64,000 nucleotides of DNA from Lama guanicoe (Eukaryota). Below the pieces are notes generated by a model. That model was not told the DNA's origin. It worked only from the letters and a program-made list of their open reading frames with translations, and did not search any database. The stretch is taken from assembly GCA_013239625.1 (NCBI GenBank), contig MU054662.1, positions 14,683,798 to 14,747,797 of the forward strand. The letters run 5' to 3'. How positions within the stretch are numbered: the first letter of the stretch is position 1; each line of letters begins with the position of its first letter. This document shows, in pieces, positions 1 to 12,629 of the stretch. Made by a program: the position numbers and the translations under genes.

Positions 1-739
1 CCGCCGGACTCATCAGCTTCTCCTTATGAGGCGGTCAGTCCTTACTGTGGTTCCAGGGGACAGGAGTGGGAACCCACTTAGGGTCACTGAGAATTGAGGC
101 TCTTTTGTGCATGGAGAAATGAGAAACTAAGGATGGCCTGGCCCCTTGGTCTGGCTCCCCCTCCCTGAGCCCACAGCCTCGTGTGGGCTTGTGTGTGGCC
201 CAGTCTTCACTCTGGGCCTGTGGTACTTACGTTGGATGTTGCGGGGGGGGGTCCCAGGGGGCCGCGTCCTTCCACCTTTGCCCTGGCAGCGAGATGCGCT
301 GCCGCCCTGCAGCCTGGGCCCCCTGCGGGGGGACCCCTGCTCCCGCTGCTGCAGCCTGGAGCTGGGCCTGCTGACCTGTGAGCACGGGCAGCTGCAGTTT
401 TAAGCTGCGGTGGTTTGTGGGCTTGTTTCCATTCTGCAGAAGTATCTGCAGCCACGGCTACGGGATGCTTTCAGAGATGATGTGTCACTGAGTCCGTCCT
501 CAGCTTCTCGGGCCAGAGAGCCGCCGAGGCGGCTGTGAGGACAGACTCCCAGGACCGCAGGAGAGGCTGATCTGCTCATTCGAGAGAGGACCCAGGAATC
601 CTTATTTTAGATTGCTGCTCCGTGTGCTGTGACAGGTGTCTGCTTGCTACACACTGAGAGGGACTGCATTTTCAACTGAGGACTTTCGCTCTCAGGCAGG
701 CTCCAGATATTTCCCCTGCAGCCTGGGTTGGACAGCAGA

Positions 740-895
740 GTGTGTGTACGTGTCTTTGTGTGCATGTACTTGGTGGGGGTGTGTGTGTGGTGGGGACGTG
801 TGTGTGTGGGTGTGTGGTGGGGCACATGTGCATGGTTGGGCACGTGTGTGCACATGGGTGGGGGGACGTGTGCATGGTTGTGGCATGTGGGGGTG
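740..895. repeat. Degenerate (GT)n/GTGG low-complexity microsatellite
   Basis: Runs such as gtgtgtgtacgtgtctttgtgtgcatgt and gtgtgtgtgggtgtgtggtgg are seen directly. They explain the V/C-rich and H/T-rich spurious ORFs here. Confidence 0.9.
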
Positions 896-1040
896 CAGCC
901 TGCTCGTCCTGCAGCTCGGGACCCTCCTCTATGCACTGTGAGGTGCAGTTCTAACCTGGCAGGTTGTTCAGGAACTTGGTTAACGTTGTGCTCCAAGCTG
1001 CTTGCAGCTGCAGCTTCTGGAAGGAGTTGCCCCTCCCAAG

Positions 1041-1085
1041 ACACACACACACACACGCACACACACACGTGTGCGCACACACACA
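1041..1085. repeat. (CA)n microsatellite with CG/TG interruptions
   Basis: acacacacacacacacgcacacacacacgtgtgcgcacacacaca; a near-continuous purine-pyrimidine alternation. Confidence 0.95.
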
Positions 1086-1859
1086 AGACGGCATTTTTCT
1101 TTCTGCAGAGATCCAATTGGCCTCCTTGTTGCCGACTCAAAGCAGCTGTTTATTTGTTGTGTTTATGTTTTCAGTTGTTGTGATGAGGTTTGCTTCCTTC
1201 TCCTTTAACTGAATTACGCGTCATTCAGCTCCTCAGCGTGCGCTGCACAGGGAGCTGGGTCCTCCTGCTGTGTAGGCTTTGGATCCCTTCTCTGTCCTGC
1301 AGCCCAGTTAGAGCGGCGGAGCCACTGGGCCCCTAGAGAGAGGAAGACCAGAAGCACAGGTGTTCCTCTGGCCGAATCCAATGTGCTCTGTCGTCTCACC
1401 TCCTGGGGTGCAGCTCGGACCGTGACAGGTAGGAAGCCAGCATGGTGGGAGGAGCACGCTCTCCCAGTCTCGTCCTCACACTCCCACTGTGAGTGCTGAG
1501 AATGCAGGCCCCACTTCTGGCCTCTGATTCTGGGTGCCTTGGCCACACTGTCTGAGCTCGGGTCAGCTGAGTTGAGGCACAGGGGAAAGGGTTGGGGAAC
1601 AGGAACACGCAGAGATGGCTGGGGGCCAGTCATGGACACAGAATTTCAGAAACTTCCTTTTATCTCTTGGGACCCATGTTCTAGCAACACCGACCTTGGA
1701 GGAGCCAGAGAAGCTCCCATTAGCCAGATATCCCCCCTGTATTCCCCACAGCTGAGCCCTGGCCCCGCCTCCCACAGCCTCCACGCAGACATACCTAAAC
1801 CATCCCCATTGCCCCACTGGGTCTGGAGGAACCCTTCTCATTTTTGTAAGTGGTTGGAG

Positions 1860-1975
1860 TGCGGTGTGACCCTAGGCATTGCTTCCCTTCCCTGAGCCCG
1901 AGTCTTTTTAACGCTGGAATGGGGTAGCTGGGCTACATGAGCCAGGTCTCAGATTTCTGTTAACTCTAATATCTT
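1860..1975 (+). mobile_element. MIR/MIR3 SINE remnant
   Basis: tgtgaccctaggcattgcttcccttccctgagcc...ctggaatggggtagctggg resembles the MIR core (tgtgaccttgggcaagtcacttcacctctctgagcctcagtttc...aaaatgggg). Confidence 0.5.
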
Positions 1976-4900
1976 CGATTTGCACGTATGGCTGTGTCTA
2001 AACTTAGTTACTTCTTAGTCATCGTGCAGTGAAATGGTTTAGCATTGTCGGTTTAGCATCGAGGTGATAAAGACCCTTGCTTCTCAGGTGAATCAGTCAT
2101 GGCAATGGGCTTGATACCACTCAAAGGGGGCTGGGAAGGTGCCAGAACTGAGGGTTTACTCAGTACCAAGTACACCTGGGGTGGTGAGGTACACCTGGGC
2201 AGAGCAGGGCAGCCTGGGGCAGGTTTCAGCAGCAGGGAAGCCAGCCAGACGGGTCCCAGAGGCCGTGGAAGTTGAGGTAGGCTAAGAGCTCGGCAGGTGG
2301 GGCAGCCAGGAGAAGCTCAGGCTGGCAGGCGGTGGGTGCAGAACGGTCTGGCAGCTGCAGAAGGGGACCTGCTGTATGCACACCAGCCCTGGGAGAGGGC
2401 AGCAGGAACTTCACACACTCCACGTGGGGGAAGGACCACAGTCCCCTTTCCTGGATGTCGTCTGGCTGCAGTCCTGCTGGGTGAGGCGGGGCTGGTGCTC
2501 GCCCAGGATGCTGGTGGAGGTCAGCAGGGGCCACGGACACTTTCCCCCTTGCCCTCCCTGCACCCGGCAGGTCAGCAGGGAAGTGGACTGCCTGGCAAGA
2601 CGCCAGGAGCCTGAAGGGCTTGTGCACCAATGACACACCAGCCCAGGGTCCAATCCACTCCCCCGCCCCTCCCAAGTAAAGTGCAGCTCCTCACAGCAGG
2701 ATTAACTGATGCTTTTAATAACAATGCAAGGAAATCGTATTTTTCTTTCCAATTAAGCCTCTAGGAAGAAATAATCCAAAACCAGAATCCTGAACAAAGG
2801 AATGCTGTTTCTTAGAGGCAGTAACCCAGTGTTCTGTCTGTCCAGCCGAGGGGAGGGAGTCCCAGCCCCTGGGCTCTCCTCCTTCAGTGCCTCCTCCCTC
2901 CCATCAGTGCAGTCTCCAGGGAACACTTCCTCGCTAGTTAGCAACGGAGGGGAAACCGAGTGTTGGGAGGCGAAGGCAGCTGCTCACGGACGCCCAGCTG
3001 TGGATGGCAGGGGTGGGTGTCCGAGCCACTGGCTCCTTGGGGGAGGTGGCATCGCACATCCCAGCCCCTTCATCCCTCCTCCTGTGAGATGCCCCCTTGG
3101 GAGCCGCCTGCGGTACTGGCCGCAGCCGGGCTCTGCTGGCTTTCTAGCTCCGCTGGGGGACCAGGACCCTGTTAGGTGGGGGCTGAGATTTAAATCGCTT
3201 TTTTGACTGGATCTCTTTCTAGTTTCTCTCTGCTTCTGGGCTAGGAAAGGAAAGGAAGGAAATAGCATTGCTGATTTCCTCCATGTCTGGGGCCCTGCAC
3301 CTACGCCGACTCAGGTAATTAAAAATGCCCCATTTACCGTGAAGACCCTGAGGCTAGCGCCCTTTCCCCTTCCTGTGATGCCCATTTCTCTGGCCCTGGG
3401 GCAGGGCTGGGCTTGTCAGTCGTGCCTCTTTGGTTCAGACAGTAAGCCACTCCCTCAGGCTTGTCCAGTCGAGCCGGGGGCGGGGGGTGGGGGGGGACAG
3501 CTGTTATTTATTTGGGCCAGAGCCACACTGGGTGGGCCCACTTGTCCGTGTGGGTGGGTGGGTGTCTGAGAATCAGAGTGCGTTTCTGCACCCTCCAGGA
3601 CTGGGGATGGCCCTTCCCCTAGCAGTCACTGGTGGTCACTGGGGCTTGGACTCTGTCCATGGCACTCAGCACACTCAGCCCACTGCCCGCCCCTCCCAGA
3701 ACCTCCTGGGCCCTCGCGCTGCTCCCACGTGACTGGTTGAGGAGGAGAGGAGACTGGCTAGAGCAGCAGACCCCAGAGTGGCCAGTGGGGGGCCCTCAGT
3801 CACTGTCGCCCTGCCCTGCTTCAGCCCCGGGGCAGATGGCCTGGGCTGGCCCGTGCCCTGTAGGTGTGTCAGGCCCGGGTTAAATTGAGTTCCCTGAAAC
3901 TGGGGTTGGGGGCCGTGGACAGGACCTTCCAGGTTTTCTAATCAGTGAGCAAATGTAGGCACAGCACTTCGCAAGTTGGCCTGGTGACTCGGAGAACACA
4001 AGGACTTCCAGGACTATGTAGTCCAACCTAGCCACGTCAGAGAGGCAAAGACCCAGGCCCCAGGGAGGGGGTAAGCGAGCGGGCGGGGGTAGGGCTCACG
4101 TTCACTGGTTCTTTTTCGGGTGATTATGCTATGATGTTGCTACTTTCTACATCCTGTTTCTCACCTTCATTTTGGCCCCATTTACCAAACTATTTCAGAT
4201 CAAAATGTTCACTTGGGCTGTAAGTTAGCTGAGTAACTGCTGTATGGAGGCCGCATTAGAGCCAGTGGGCAGAGCTCTGCTCCAGGGAGGGGCCCTGCCA
4301 GACACCTGCAGCCCCCACGCTGGCCCCCACAGCCCCCAGACAGAGCGCCCCGCACTCACAGGGGGGGCCTCGGGAAGAAAGGGGCCGGAGAAAAGTGGGC
4401 ATCGTAACGATGCCAGTTCTTCCCACATAAACTCAGAGGTTCAATTTTTCTACAATCAAACTGATTTTCCAGGGGGAATGGAAGATGACAAAATATTTTT
4501 TAAGTTCATTGGAAAAAGCATACAGATGAATAGCTAAGAATTATGACAGAAGTTGAACGAGGGAGGGAGGTCTGTCTCCCTGGCTATTAGAACGTATGAT
4601 ATATTACCAAGAATACAACGCAGTGGTTATTTACAGCTCAGGGGGACCCAACAAGGGACCTCACATAACATGGGAGGTTGGGGGTCTCAGTGTGGGAGGG
4701 AGAAGGGGAGGGAGTAGATACTGCTGGGAAAATAAGCAGTTTACAACCTCACTTTATACTGTGTATCAAAACGGGTACGTGTTTGTGGGGGAAAAAATCT
4801 AACCATGTTGAAATGAGACGAAAATTTAAGTCAGTCCTTACCTCTCAGTAAAAAGGTATTCAAGGCATAAAAGTGCCTGTGAAATAAGTAATTATGGATT

Positions 4901-5179
4901 TGATTACATCAAGAAACCCTATATGTCAAAAGGATTCTACTACAAAAAGGCAGATATAAAGGAAAAAGAGCTTTCAAAAACAGAGTAAATTGTGCCAGTA
5001 TCAGCTAAAAATCCCTAAAACTCAATAGGGAAATAGGCAAAGATCGTAACTGGGCAGTTTGAAATATCAATGACTAAGAAAATGCATCAGAAATGTTAAT
5101 TCTCCCTCGACATCAAATGCTAATGAGCAAGAAAGAGATACTATTTCACCTACCAAGGGAGAAAAGATTTTGGAAGAAG

Positions 5180-5201
5180 AGGGTTAGGGTTAGGGTTAGG
5201 G
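5180..5201 (+). repeat. Short interstitial telomeric sequence AGGG(TTAGGG)3
   Basis: agggttagggttagggttaggg read directly. Confidence 0.95.
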
Positions 5202-5374
5202 TTTGTTGGGCTCCCGTGAGTTGAGGACATACTGGCACTTACTGACGGGGAGTCACCAGTGACGAACGGTTACTTCACCTAGAGGCTGCTGCACACATTA
5301 GGACGGTCTAGTCAAATAGTTCTCCTTCGCGTCTGAGATTCATGCACAGTGTTGTTTATAATCACGACCAAATG

Positions 5375-5560
5375 TTCATTCATTCGTCACGCCACTGGCT
5401 CCGTGAATATCCAGATGCGCTGTGTTCTAAATCCGTCTCCGATGCCGGGGTCTCATTGGTAGCAGACAGTGCACGGTTTCTGCACTTTGTGGAACTTACC
5501 TTTAGTGGGAGACAAGGTCACAGAGGAGTTAACAAGCGACTGAGAGTTGTTCAGTCAGCA
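5375..5560 (-). mobile_element. L2 LINE 3' remnant
   Basis: Starts with ttcattcattc and includes tgtggaacttacctttagtgggagac, typical of the antisense L2 3' end. Confidence 0.55.
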
Positions 5561-8500
5561 AGTCCTTACAGTGAAACATTATGGGACCATAAATGTGACT
5601 CCATCCATCTGCCTGTCCAGCAAGAATGGGGTGAAGAACTAACACGCCCAGGGACTACGCTGGACACAGCTGTCAAAACAGCACCGCTCCTGCCCCTGGG
5701 GCCCTCGCCCAACCTGGAGGTCCTGCCACTGCTGATGAGGACGCTGGTGGAAGAGGTCTAGGACCAGGTGGCTGCTAGGAGAGTCCATTCCCTGAGAGGG
5801 GCCTCAGGGAAATCTTCCAGAAGAAATTCCATCTTAGCTGGACACCCGAATGATAATGATCAGAAAGAGAAGCGTGTTGCAAGCAGAACTCGGGGAGGGC
5901 TAGGAGAAGTGAGGACACAAGACTGCGTCCAACACGACACCAACGGCGTAGAAATCTGTAAGACAGACCAGGAGGAAGTGTTGGCAGGGCTGGCGGGACC
6001 CCCCTGCCCACTCTGTTTGTGGAGCTGGGCCCAGGTCTGGCTGGGCTCTCTCCTCCCGGGCCCCTGGTAACCGCTGGCCAGTCCTCGGTGCGCCGTCCGG
6101 GCTGTTGGCTGCAGCAGCACCCGGCGCAGAGATGGTCATCGTGGCTCCACAGGCTTCGCTGGTTAGGAAAGTGCCGGAGCGGCACGGAAGAAGAGGGACC
6201 ACTCCGCCCCCATCCCCGATCAGAGAAGGTGGACTGTGCCCAGGGGACCGCAACATTTCCATGTTGTTTTGGTAGAAAAGCCTCTCTCGGATGAGGAGCA
6301 GGAGCGTCTGCATGCTGTGCGGGTGAGGCTGGAGGACGGCAGGGCTGCGGGCTGGGCCAGGAGCCGGCTGGGGATGGAGCGGCGGGTCCTTCCTTCCCTG
6401 CACCCCAGCAGCCCCAGGCCCACTTCTGGTGGGAACCTCTCCACTCCCCCAGCCCCTCCCTCGGACCCCTCACCTCCTAGAAGGCCTCTCCCAGCTCTGT
6501 GGCCAGGGGCTGCAGACATCCCGCAGTTTGGTCCTTCTGACCTCATCCTCCGTGTTGGGGGAGGGCCCCTCTCTCCTGCCGCTCGCCGCAGGAAAGCCAC
6601 CTCTTTGTGCAGGGTCTCGTAAGAACCCTCACCTGACCGCTCAGATCCCAGCAGACCTCTTTCTCTGACTTGTCTGGCGTTCACTGTCAGAAGCACTCAC
6701 GTGACACTGATCACGTTCTGCTCTTTACAGTCAGTTGTTCATGCTGTGTGTGGCTCCCCCGCCCCCGCAGCGTGTAGTGTTGTTCTGTCTCCTCTGAAGG
6801 CGACCGTCCCTTTCCACCTGCAGAACCCCACTGCGCACTCCCAGGCCCAGCTGCAAAGTCCCCCGGTCCCAGCTTCCTCTGTGGCTTTTTGTGACTCGCA
6901 ACCCACTGCTATTCACAGAAGGAATTCCTTGCAAGGCTAGAAACAGCATCTGGCTTGTCTCAGCGTGTCCGGAGGTGCCCGGCTCAGCGCCAGGGCCTGA
7001 CGGTGATGGTGCGATGGACGCTGAGTGCGGGCGTGAGTGAGCGCACCTGCGCTGTGAGCTTGACTGAGCCGTAGGTCATAGGGTTGGCTGCGTTGTGCTT
7101 TATTTCATGCGGCGCAGAGTGCCGTGCACGTAACAGTTGCTTTCTGAATAGGAAACACTTTATTGGCGGCAGTATATGTACGGGTAACATCATTACTGAC
7201 ATTCTTGTTCAGCACTGCCTGCCTGACAGAGGCTGTTGGAGAGAGGCAGGTGCTTGGTCCCTTTCTCACCCTGGTGGGAGAAGCCCCTTCTGGAGCCGCC
7301 CCTATTCACAGGGGAAGAAGCCAAGGCAATGGGATTCTGATGCGGCCCTTGCCTGCATCTGGGGGTTGGTGCTATGGCTGGCGTCCAGCTGCGTCCCAGT
7401 CGGGGTGCTTTCACGAGGCTCCCTCGCAGGAGGTAGGACTTGCACATAGGCCGTCACCCTGCAGGAGCAGAGTCAAGGTCTGTGGGCCGTCTGCCCACCG
7501 GCCCGTGTGGACCCTGGAGACAGGATTCCAGGAGCCACCAAAGTGCCTGAGCAATCCTGGGACCAGTGACCCGCTGGGGACCCCTCCAAAGACTGAGGTC
7601 TGGGTGCTGGGCCCAACACCAGTTTGGTGGCTTGGGGCACTTTGGACAGGAGGCTCCGCCGTCCCCTCCCGACTTCTTGGTGGAAGGCGCTGACTGTGCC
7701 CGCAGCTGTTCTACCAAACATCTCAGCAAGGAGAAAAGAAAACAAAACCAAACCCCAAAAACTCCAGGTCAGCAGAGCTGTGCTGTCCGACCGACTGTGC
7801 TCATCCTGACAATTTCTGTCCATGTCCTTTGATCCCAACTCTAGAGAGAAGCGTGGCTCGGAGAGGATAATTTGCCATGGAGACAGAGCCCCGCCTCCCT
7901 GACAGGGCAGGTTCTGCTGGAGAGGGTCCCCCCGCCATCTCCTCCATCCTCGACACGCAGCGCCTCAGCTGTGTGCCTGGCCGTGGGCTAAGGTGAGGTG
8001 GCACAGGTTCCCGAAGGCAGTCCTGGCCCCCAGGCTCTGCTCAGTGGACCCCAGTCCTGGCTCTTGGGAAGGTCCTTGCACAACGGGTTTGGGTCCTGCT
8101 GCTCTGGTAGAAGGCTTAGGGGGAGGGACAGCTGCGAAGGACCTGCGGTAGATCCAGGGCCCCTCCGGGGGTGGGGGGATGGGGAGAGAGGACAGGCAGC
8201 AGCCATCACCCGAGGGTGGGAGCGTAGAGCAGAGACACAGGGAGGCCTCTGATCTCCCTCAAGGAGCCAGTGGCTAGGGTGGGCGGAATGGGACTGGGTT
8301 TCTCAACCCACACGGTTTCTTCTTCTACCAAACCCAGCATCCTGCGGAGAGAAATGGATGACATAACGTCCGCTTGGTGTCAGGGGAGATTCTGGGAAGC
8401 CTGGTGGGGATGGACCCGCTCCTTCTTGGGCCTGCTGGGCTGACGCCTGAGCCAGGTTGTGGGACGGGGGCCTGGGGGCACAGAGTCCTGCAGCCTCTAC

Positions 8501-9884
8501 GCAGGGTAGGAGGCAGTGCTAGGTCTCCCCAGCCCCTTTGGCCAGACCGCTTTCTGTATTCCTGGGCCCGCCCCTTCCATGCGGGCTCCAGGGTTGCACA
8601 GCTCTGGGCGGGAGCGTGGGCTGCCCTATTTCCTGGAAAACTCGTTTCACCTTCCTGAGCGCCTGCTTCCTTGAGGCCCTGGTCACATGGTGAAGCCCGT
8701 CCCTATTGGCCATCCTGCTCTGAGGGTGCAGTGTCCTCCGGGAAGTTGCCCACACCCCTGCGAACCCACTGGCGGGCAGAGTAACCCTGGTTCTGGGGAA
8801 GCTAGTGTGGCATTTGGAGGGACTTTTCTGGCTGGCATATTCTGAACCACCTCTGAGATTCCACAGAACGTGGAATACAAAGCCCTGCCTTTGGTGACCA
8901 GGACTGGGTTGTGAGCCCGGGTCAGGGGCCATGTCAGCACAGCCACCCCTGTGGGGTCAGGGAGGGCTTCCTCTCCTACCTGGGTTGGGAGGTTCAGGCT
9001 CGACAGCCCCAGGAATTTGAAGTCTTGACCTCTGGGTGGCAGTGGGCTTCTCAAATCACCCAGAGATAAGAAAGCTGGATCCAATCTCTCTGCATTTTCC
9101 CCTAGGCCTTTTCCGCTCTTTGCTGCAGCACCAAAGCCGCATTAGAGAGCCCAAGGTGCCTTTGTGAATGGTCTGACTCCAGAGATCTGTGGTCTGTTTG
9201 GGGGGTTGTGGGGGAGAGGCAGGCTGGAAGCTTCTGGAAAATGCCTGTGGGACCTCCCCCTCCAACACCCCCCAGCTCTGTGGTTTGCTGCAGGGACCTC
9301 TCCTGCTTCCCCCAGGTGGTGTGTAGAGGGGTGATGGGCATGTGTCTGTCCTGAGGACGAGTTTAAGGAAAGGATGAGAAAGAAATAGAAGTAAGATGTA
9401 CTTCACAGGTGGACCCCGACCCAGTCCTCAAGAGGCAGGGACCCCGGGCCTGAGGGCAGGCGAGGAGGCCGCCCACCCCGGGGACAAGCGCCAGCCCTGC
9501 TCCCGACCTGGCGGCCCACAGGCCCCTGTGTGGGGTCAGAGAGGAAGACTGAGTCATCCCTCTCTGCTGCCTTTCTGTCTTGGCGTGTCACCGGATGGCC
9601 TCCGCCAAGTCCCAGGTGGGACCCCCAGGGGTGCTCCTGTGGGCTTCGCTGTCCATCGCAGGGGCCCGCGGAGGGTGAAGCTCGTGGCCGAGGGCAGTTC
9701 CTGGCTCACTTTCCCCTCCGGTCTCCCAAGGGTGGGCTGCCCAGGGCCACCCCTGTTCTTCGTGTGCTCCCCGTAGGGGTTGCTCATCCCCTCCCTGCAA
9801 CTTCACACTCCTTACCTTTGCACGAAGCCTCAAGCTCTGAAGATGCTGGGGGACTGAGGCATGAACCCCACCCTCTGACGAAGG

Positions 9885-10110
9885 GCAGACCCTGGATCTT
9901 CCTCCCTCCTAAGTTCCAGGCTGGCCTGTCTGTTGACTCTTCATTTTCAACACAGAACCCGTCACCTTCTAACTTTCCTGTGATTTCTGGCGTCTCCACT
10001 CTCCCGGTCACCTCCCAAATCCTGGAGCCACCGTTGACTCCTCTGGCCTCACCCACGTCCCTCCTGTCTCATGTCCAGCTTCCTGCCCGTCTTTCCCCCG
10101 GGGTCAGCCC
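9885..10110 (+). mobile_element. L2 LINE remnant
   Basis: CT-rich, with aaatcctggagccaccgttgactcctct resembling L2 aaacctgggagtcatccttgactcctc. Confidence 0.45.
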
Positions 10111-10851
10111 TGACTCAGGCCCTCTGGCCACACCTCCAGGCCAGGCTCCCTGCAGGCGGCAGGCAGACTGATGGTCCCAAGGCTCTGCTTTGAGGACGTT
10201 ACTTTCACAGACACGTGAAGAGAAGCAGTTAGGCAGTTGGTCACGTTAAATCTCAAACTTCTTTACAGGTTTTCAGTGCAGCTCATCAAAACTGTCACCA
10301 GCTGAAGGTCCCAGGTTTTCAGCATCCAGGGAAGGACCTGTGGAGGCACCGAGACAGATGTGGAGCTGGCTCTGCGGGCCGTGTCCTCCCCCAGGTCTGA
10401 CCCCCCGGGCCATGGCCGCTCGGACCTACCCCAGGCCATGTCCTCTGGGTCACCCCAGAGCACGTGGGACCCCGTTTCACTCAGGAGGGATAAGCAGTTG
10501 CACCCTCTGGACACCGCCAGCGTCCGTCTGCCAGATGCCGTGTGTCACAGCGGCTAGAAATGGGGGCTTTTCAGGTATGAATCTTACCGTTGCTGGGTGG
10601 GGGTCCCAGGGGGCCTAAGGGGGGTGCTGGGGTGGGCTGAGTGCACAAGCTTCAGCCCCAGGTACTGACCAACCAGCAGGGGAGCAGATGCCCAACCCAG
10701 GGATGGGGCTAGAAGGAAAGGGGGCTGGGGCTGGGCAAGAGGAACTGTTTTCTGTGACAGCTCAGTGGGCGTTGCTGCCACAGTTGGTGATAATTAGGGA
10801 GGTAGCACTTCTGAAGAAAGGAAGGCTCTGGGAGAGATAAATAATTTGGTG

Positions 10852-10990
10852 CATTCTGGAGCCAGACTCCCTGAGTTTAGAACCCAGCTCCAACCGTTAG
10901 TGGCTGTGTGACCTTGGCCCAGACACTCACCCTCTCTGGGCCTCAGTTTTCTCACATGTAAGATGGATATAAGACAGGGTTGTGGGTTTA
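10852..10990 (+). mobile_element. MIR SINE
   Basis: tctggagccagactccctgagtttagaacccagctc...gctgtgtgaccttggcccagacactcaccctctctgggcctcagttttctcacatgtaagatgg closely matches the MIR consensus. Confidence 0.9.
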
Positions 10991-12629
10991 ATTTTGACTT
11001 AGGACCTGAAAAGTGCTTTGACACAGCGAGTGTGGCTGAGGTGCGGGGGCAAGGTGGGCTGGGTGGGACTGCTTACTGGCTCACCCTCTGGTTCCTGCAC
11101 TTGGTTTGTGTGGGTCGCTGCTCCAGGCAGGGTTTGACACCACCCCCAGGCCTCTCCTCCCACCTGCGGGAGGGCCGCTGACTCCTGGCATCTCCAGCCC
11201 CCAGGAAGCCTTCTTCTTCCTGACTCAGCTTGCCAGGGCGTCTGTGCCCTCTGGTCCCAAGGACCTACTGTTAGAGCTGTCCCCTCGACGCCTGTGTGTG
11301 GTCCCCGAGCTATGTGTGTCCTGTGAGTGGGGCTTGTTTTCCCGGCTGGTTTGTCCACACGCCCTTGAGAACGTGGACGCTAACACGTAAGTTCCTCCCA
11401 GACCCCGCAGTGTGCGGGTGACCGGAAGCACTCCAGCAGTCCTGTCTAGTTGATGCTAATTCCCTCCCGAGACCGTGTGCTCGCTGCCTGGTGGCTGGGC
11501 TGGGGGGTGGGGTACTGCGGGGCTGAGGACGCCCCGGACACCCTGGGGCACAGCCTGATGTTGGCACTGCCTTTTCTCTCACTAACGTCCTCAAAGCCAT
11601 CCACCTGTGGCAAAGATTAGCGCGGGCTGAGTCCGGTGGGTTCCTCTGCCCCTTGCTATCCTGAGTGCAGCAGGAGGAAGGTTCCCTGACCAGCCCCCCA
11701 GGTAAGAAAGTGACAGTGAGCTCAGGCAGGGTGACAGCCCTTCTCAGCTGGGCAGGGCGGCACCACAGATGCACATGTGTCCCCGACTTGGATTCAGACT
11801 TGGGCTTCCGATACCCACAGGGGTGCTCACCTCGAGGGCCATCTAGAGGAGGCCGCTCTGCCATGAGGGCAGCCTGCTTTCTGCGCCAGGAAATAACTGA
11901 CTTGGTCCCACAGAGAGAGAGCACGTTGGTGGCAGTAAAAGGCCTCAGTTAACTGCTTTCGTTTTAGCCGCGTTCTGTGTCTCCAGGAGAAGGAATGCGG
12001 GTTTTGGAGCCAAGTGGCCAGACGCTCTCAGGAAAGGCGACACATGTGCTCCTTCCCATTGGGTCGGGCCTGCTCAGTGACAGGGGCGCGGGGTGTGGCA
12101 GCCACTGCCAACCATGGGCTCCGACTCTTCCACAGGCTCCTGGCGGGCAGGGCAGGGGACGTGGGGACCAGCTCCTCGCTGACGGGTGGCCCATGGCTGA
12201 CGGCCTCTGATGGGCTGACCCACTTCTGGGCAGGACAGGCTGCTCTCTGATCTGGTTTTGGAGAATCCCAGATTCATCACATGCCTGCTGGCCCCGCCTG
12301 GAGGAGGAGGGTCCTGTGTCCAGGACGTGGCTGTCAAGGCGGGGGTTGGGGGGCAGTGCGTGTGGTGGCCCATGATGCCATCAGGTCACGGGGTGATGAG
12401 GTGGTGATGCTGTGCACTTGCCTGGACCAGTGCCTGCCTCCGCATCCTGTCATCCTCTGGTCCTGCGTCCACCTCCCCTGATGTCCATCTTTGAGGGATT
12501 GCCCTGGTCTCTGTAGTCCTGCTCCAGCCATGCCCAGGGCCTCCACCTCATGGGCTGGTCCACAGACCAGGAAGTGGATGGGCCTCCCAGGCCTGAGTTG
12601 CCCAGTGGACCCCACAGTAAATGCGTAAA

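Larger units (their letters stand above)
4480..6000 (+). mobile_element. Highly degraded old LINE-1 (L1M/L1ME-like) ORF2-3' fragments, interrupted by a telomeric repeat and an L2 piece
   Basis: A-rich tract with L1-like segments: tttttaagttcattggaaaagca, atggatttgattacatcaaga, gaaataggcaaagatcgtaactgggcagttt, gagatactatttcacctacca. Boundaries approximate. Confidence 0.65.

Noticed and set aside
607-1212. Stack of overlapping H/T- and V/C-rich ORFs
   Set aside because: These are translations of GT/CA microsatellites.
3476-3497. G-run quadruplex candidates (also ~43900-43921 and ~12340)
   Set aside because: Common in this GC-rich background and not individually informative.
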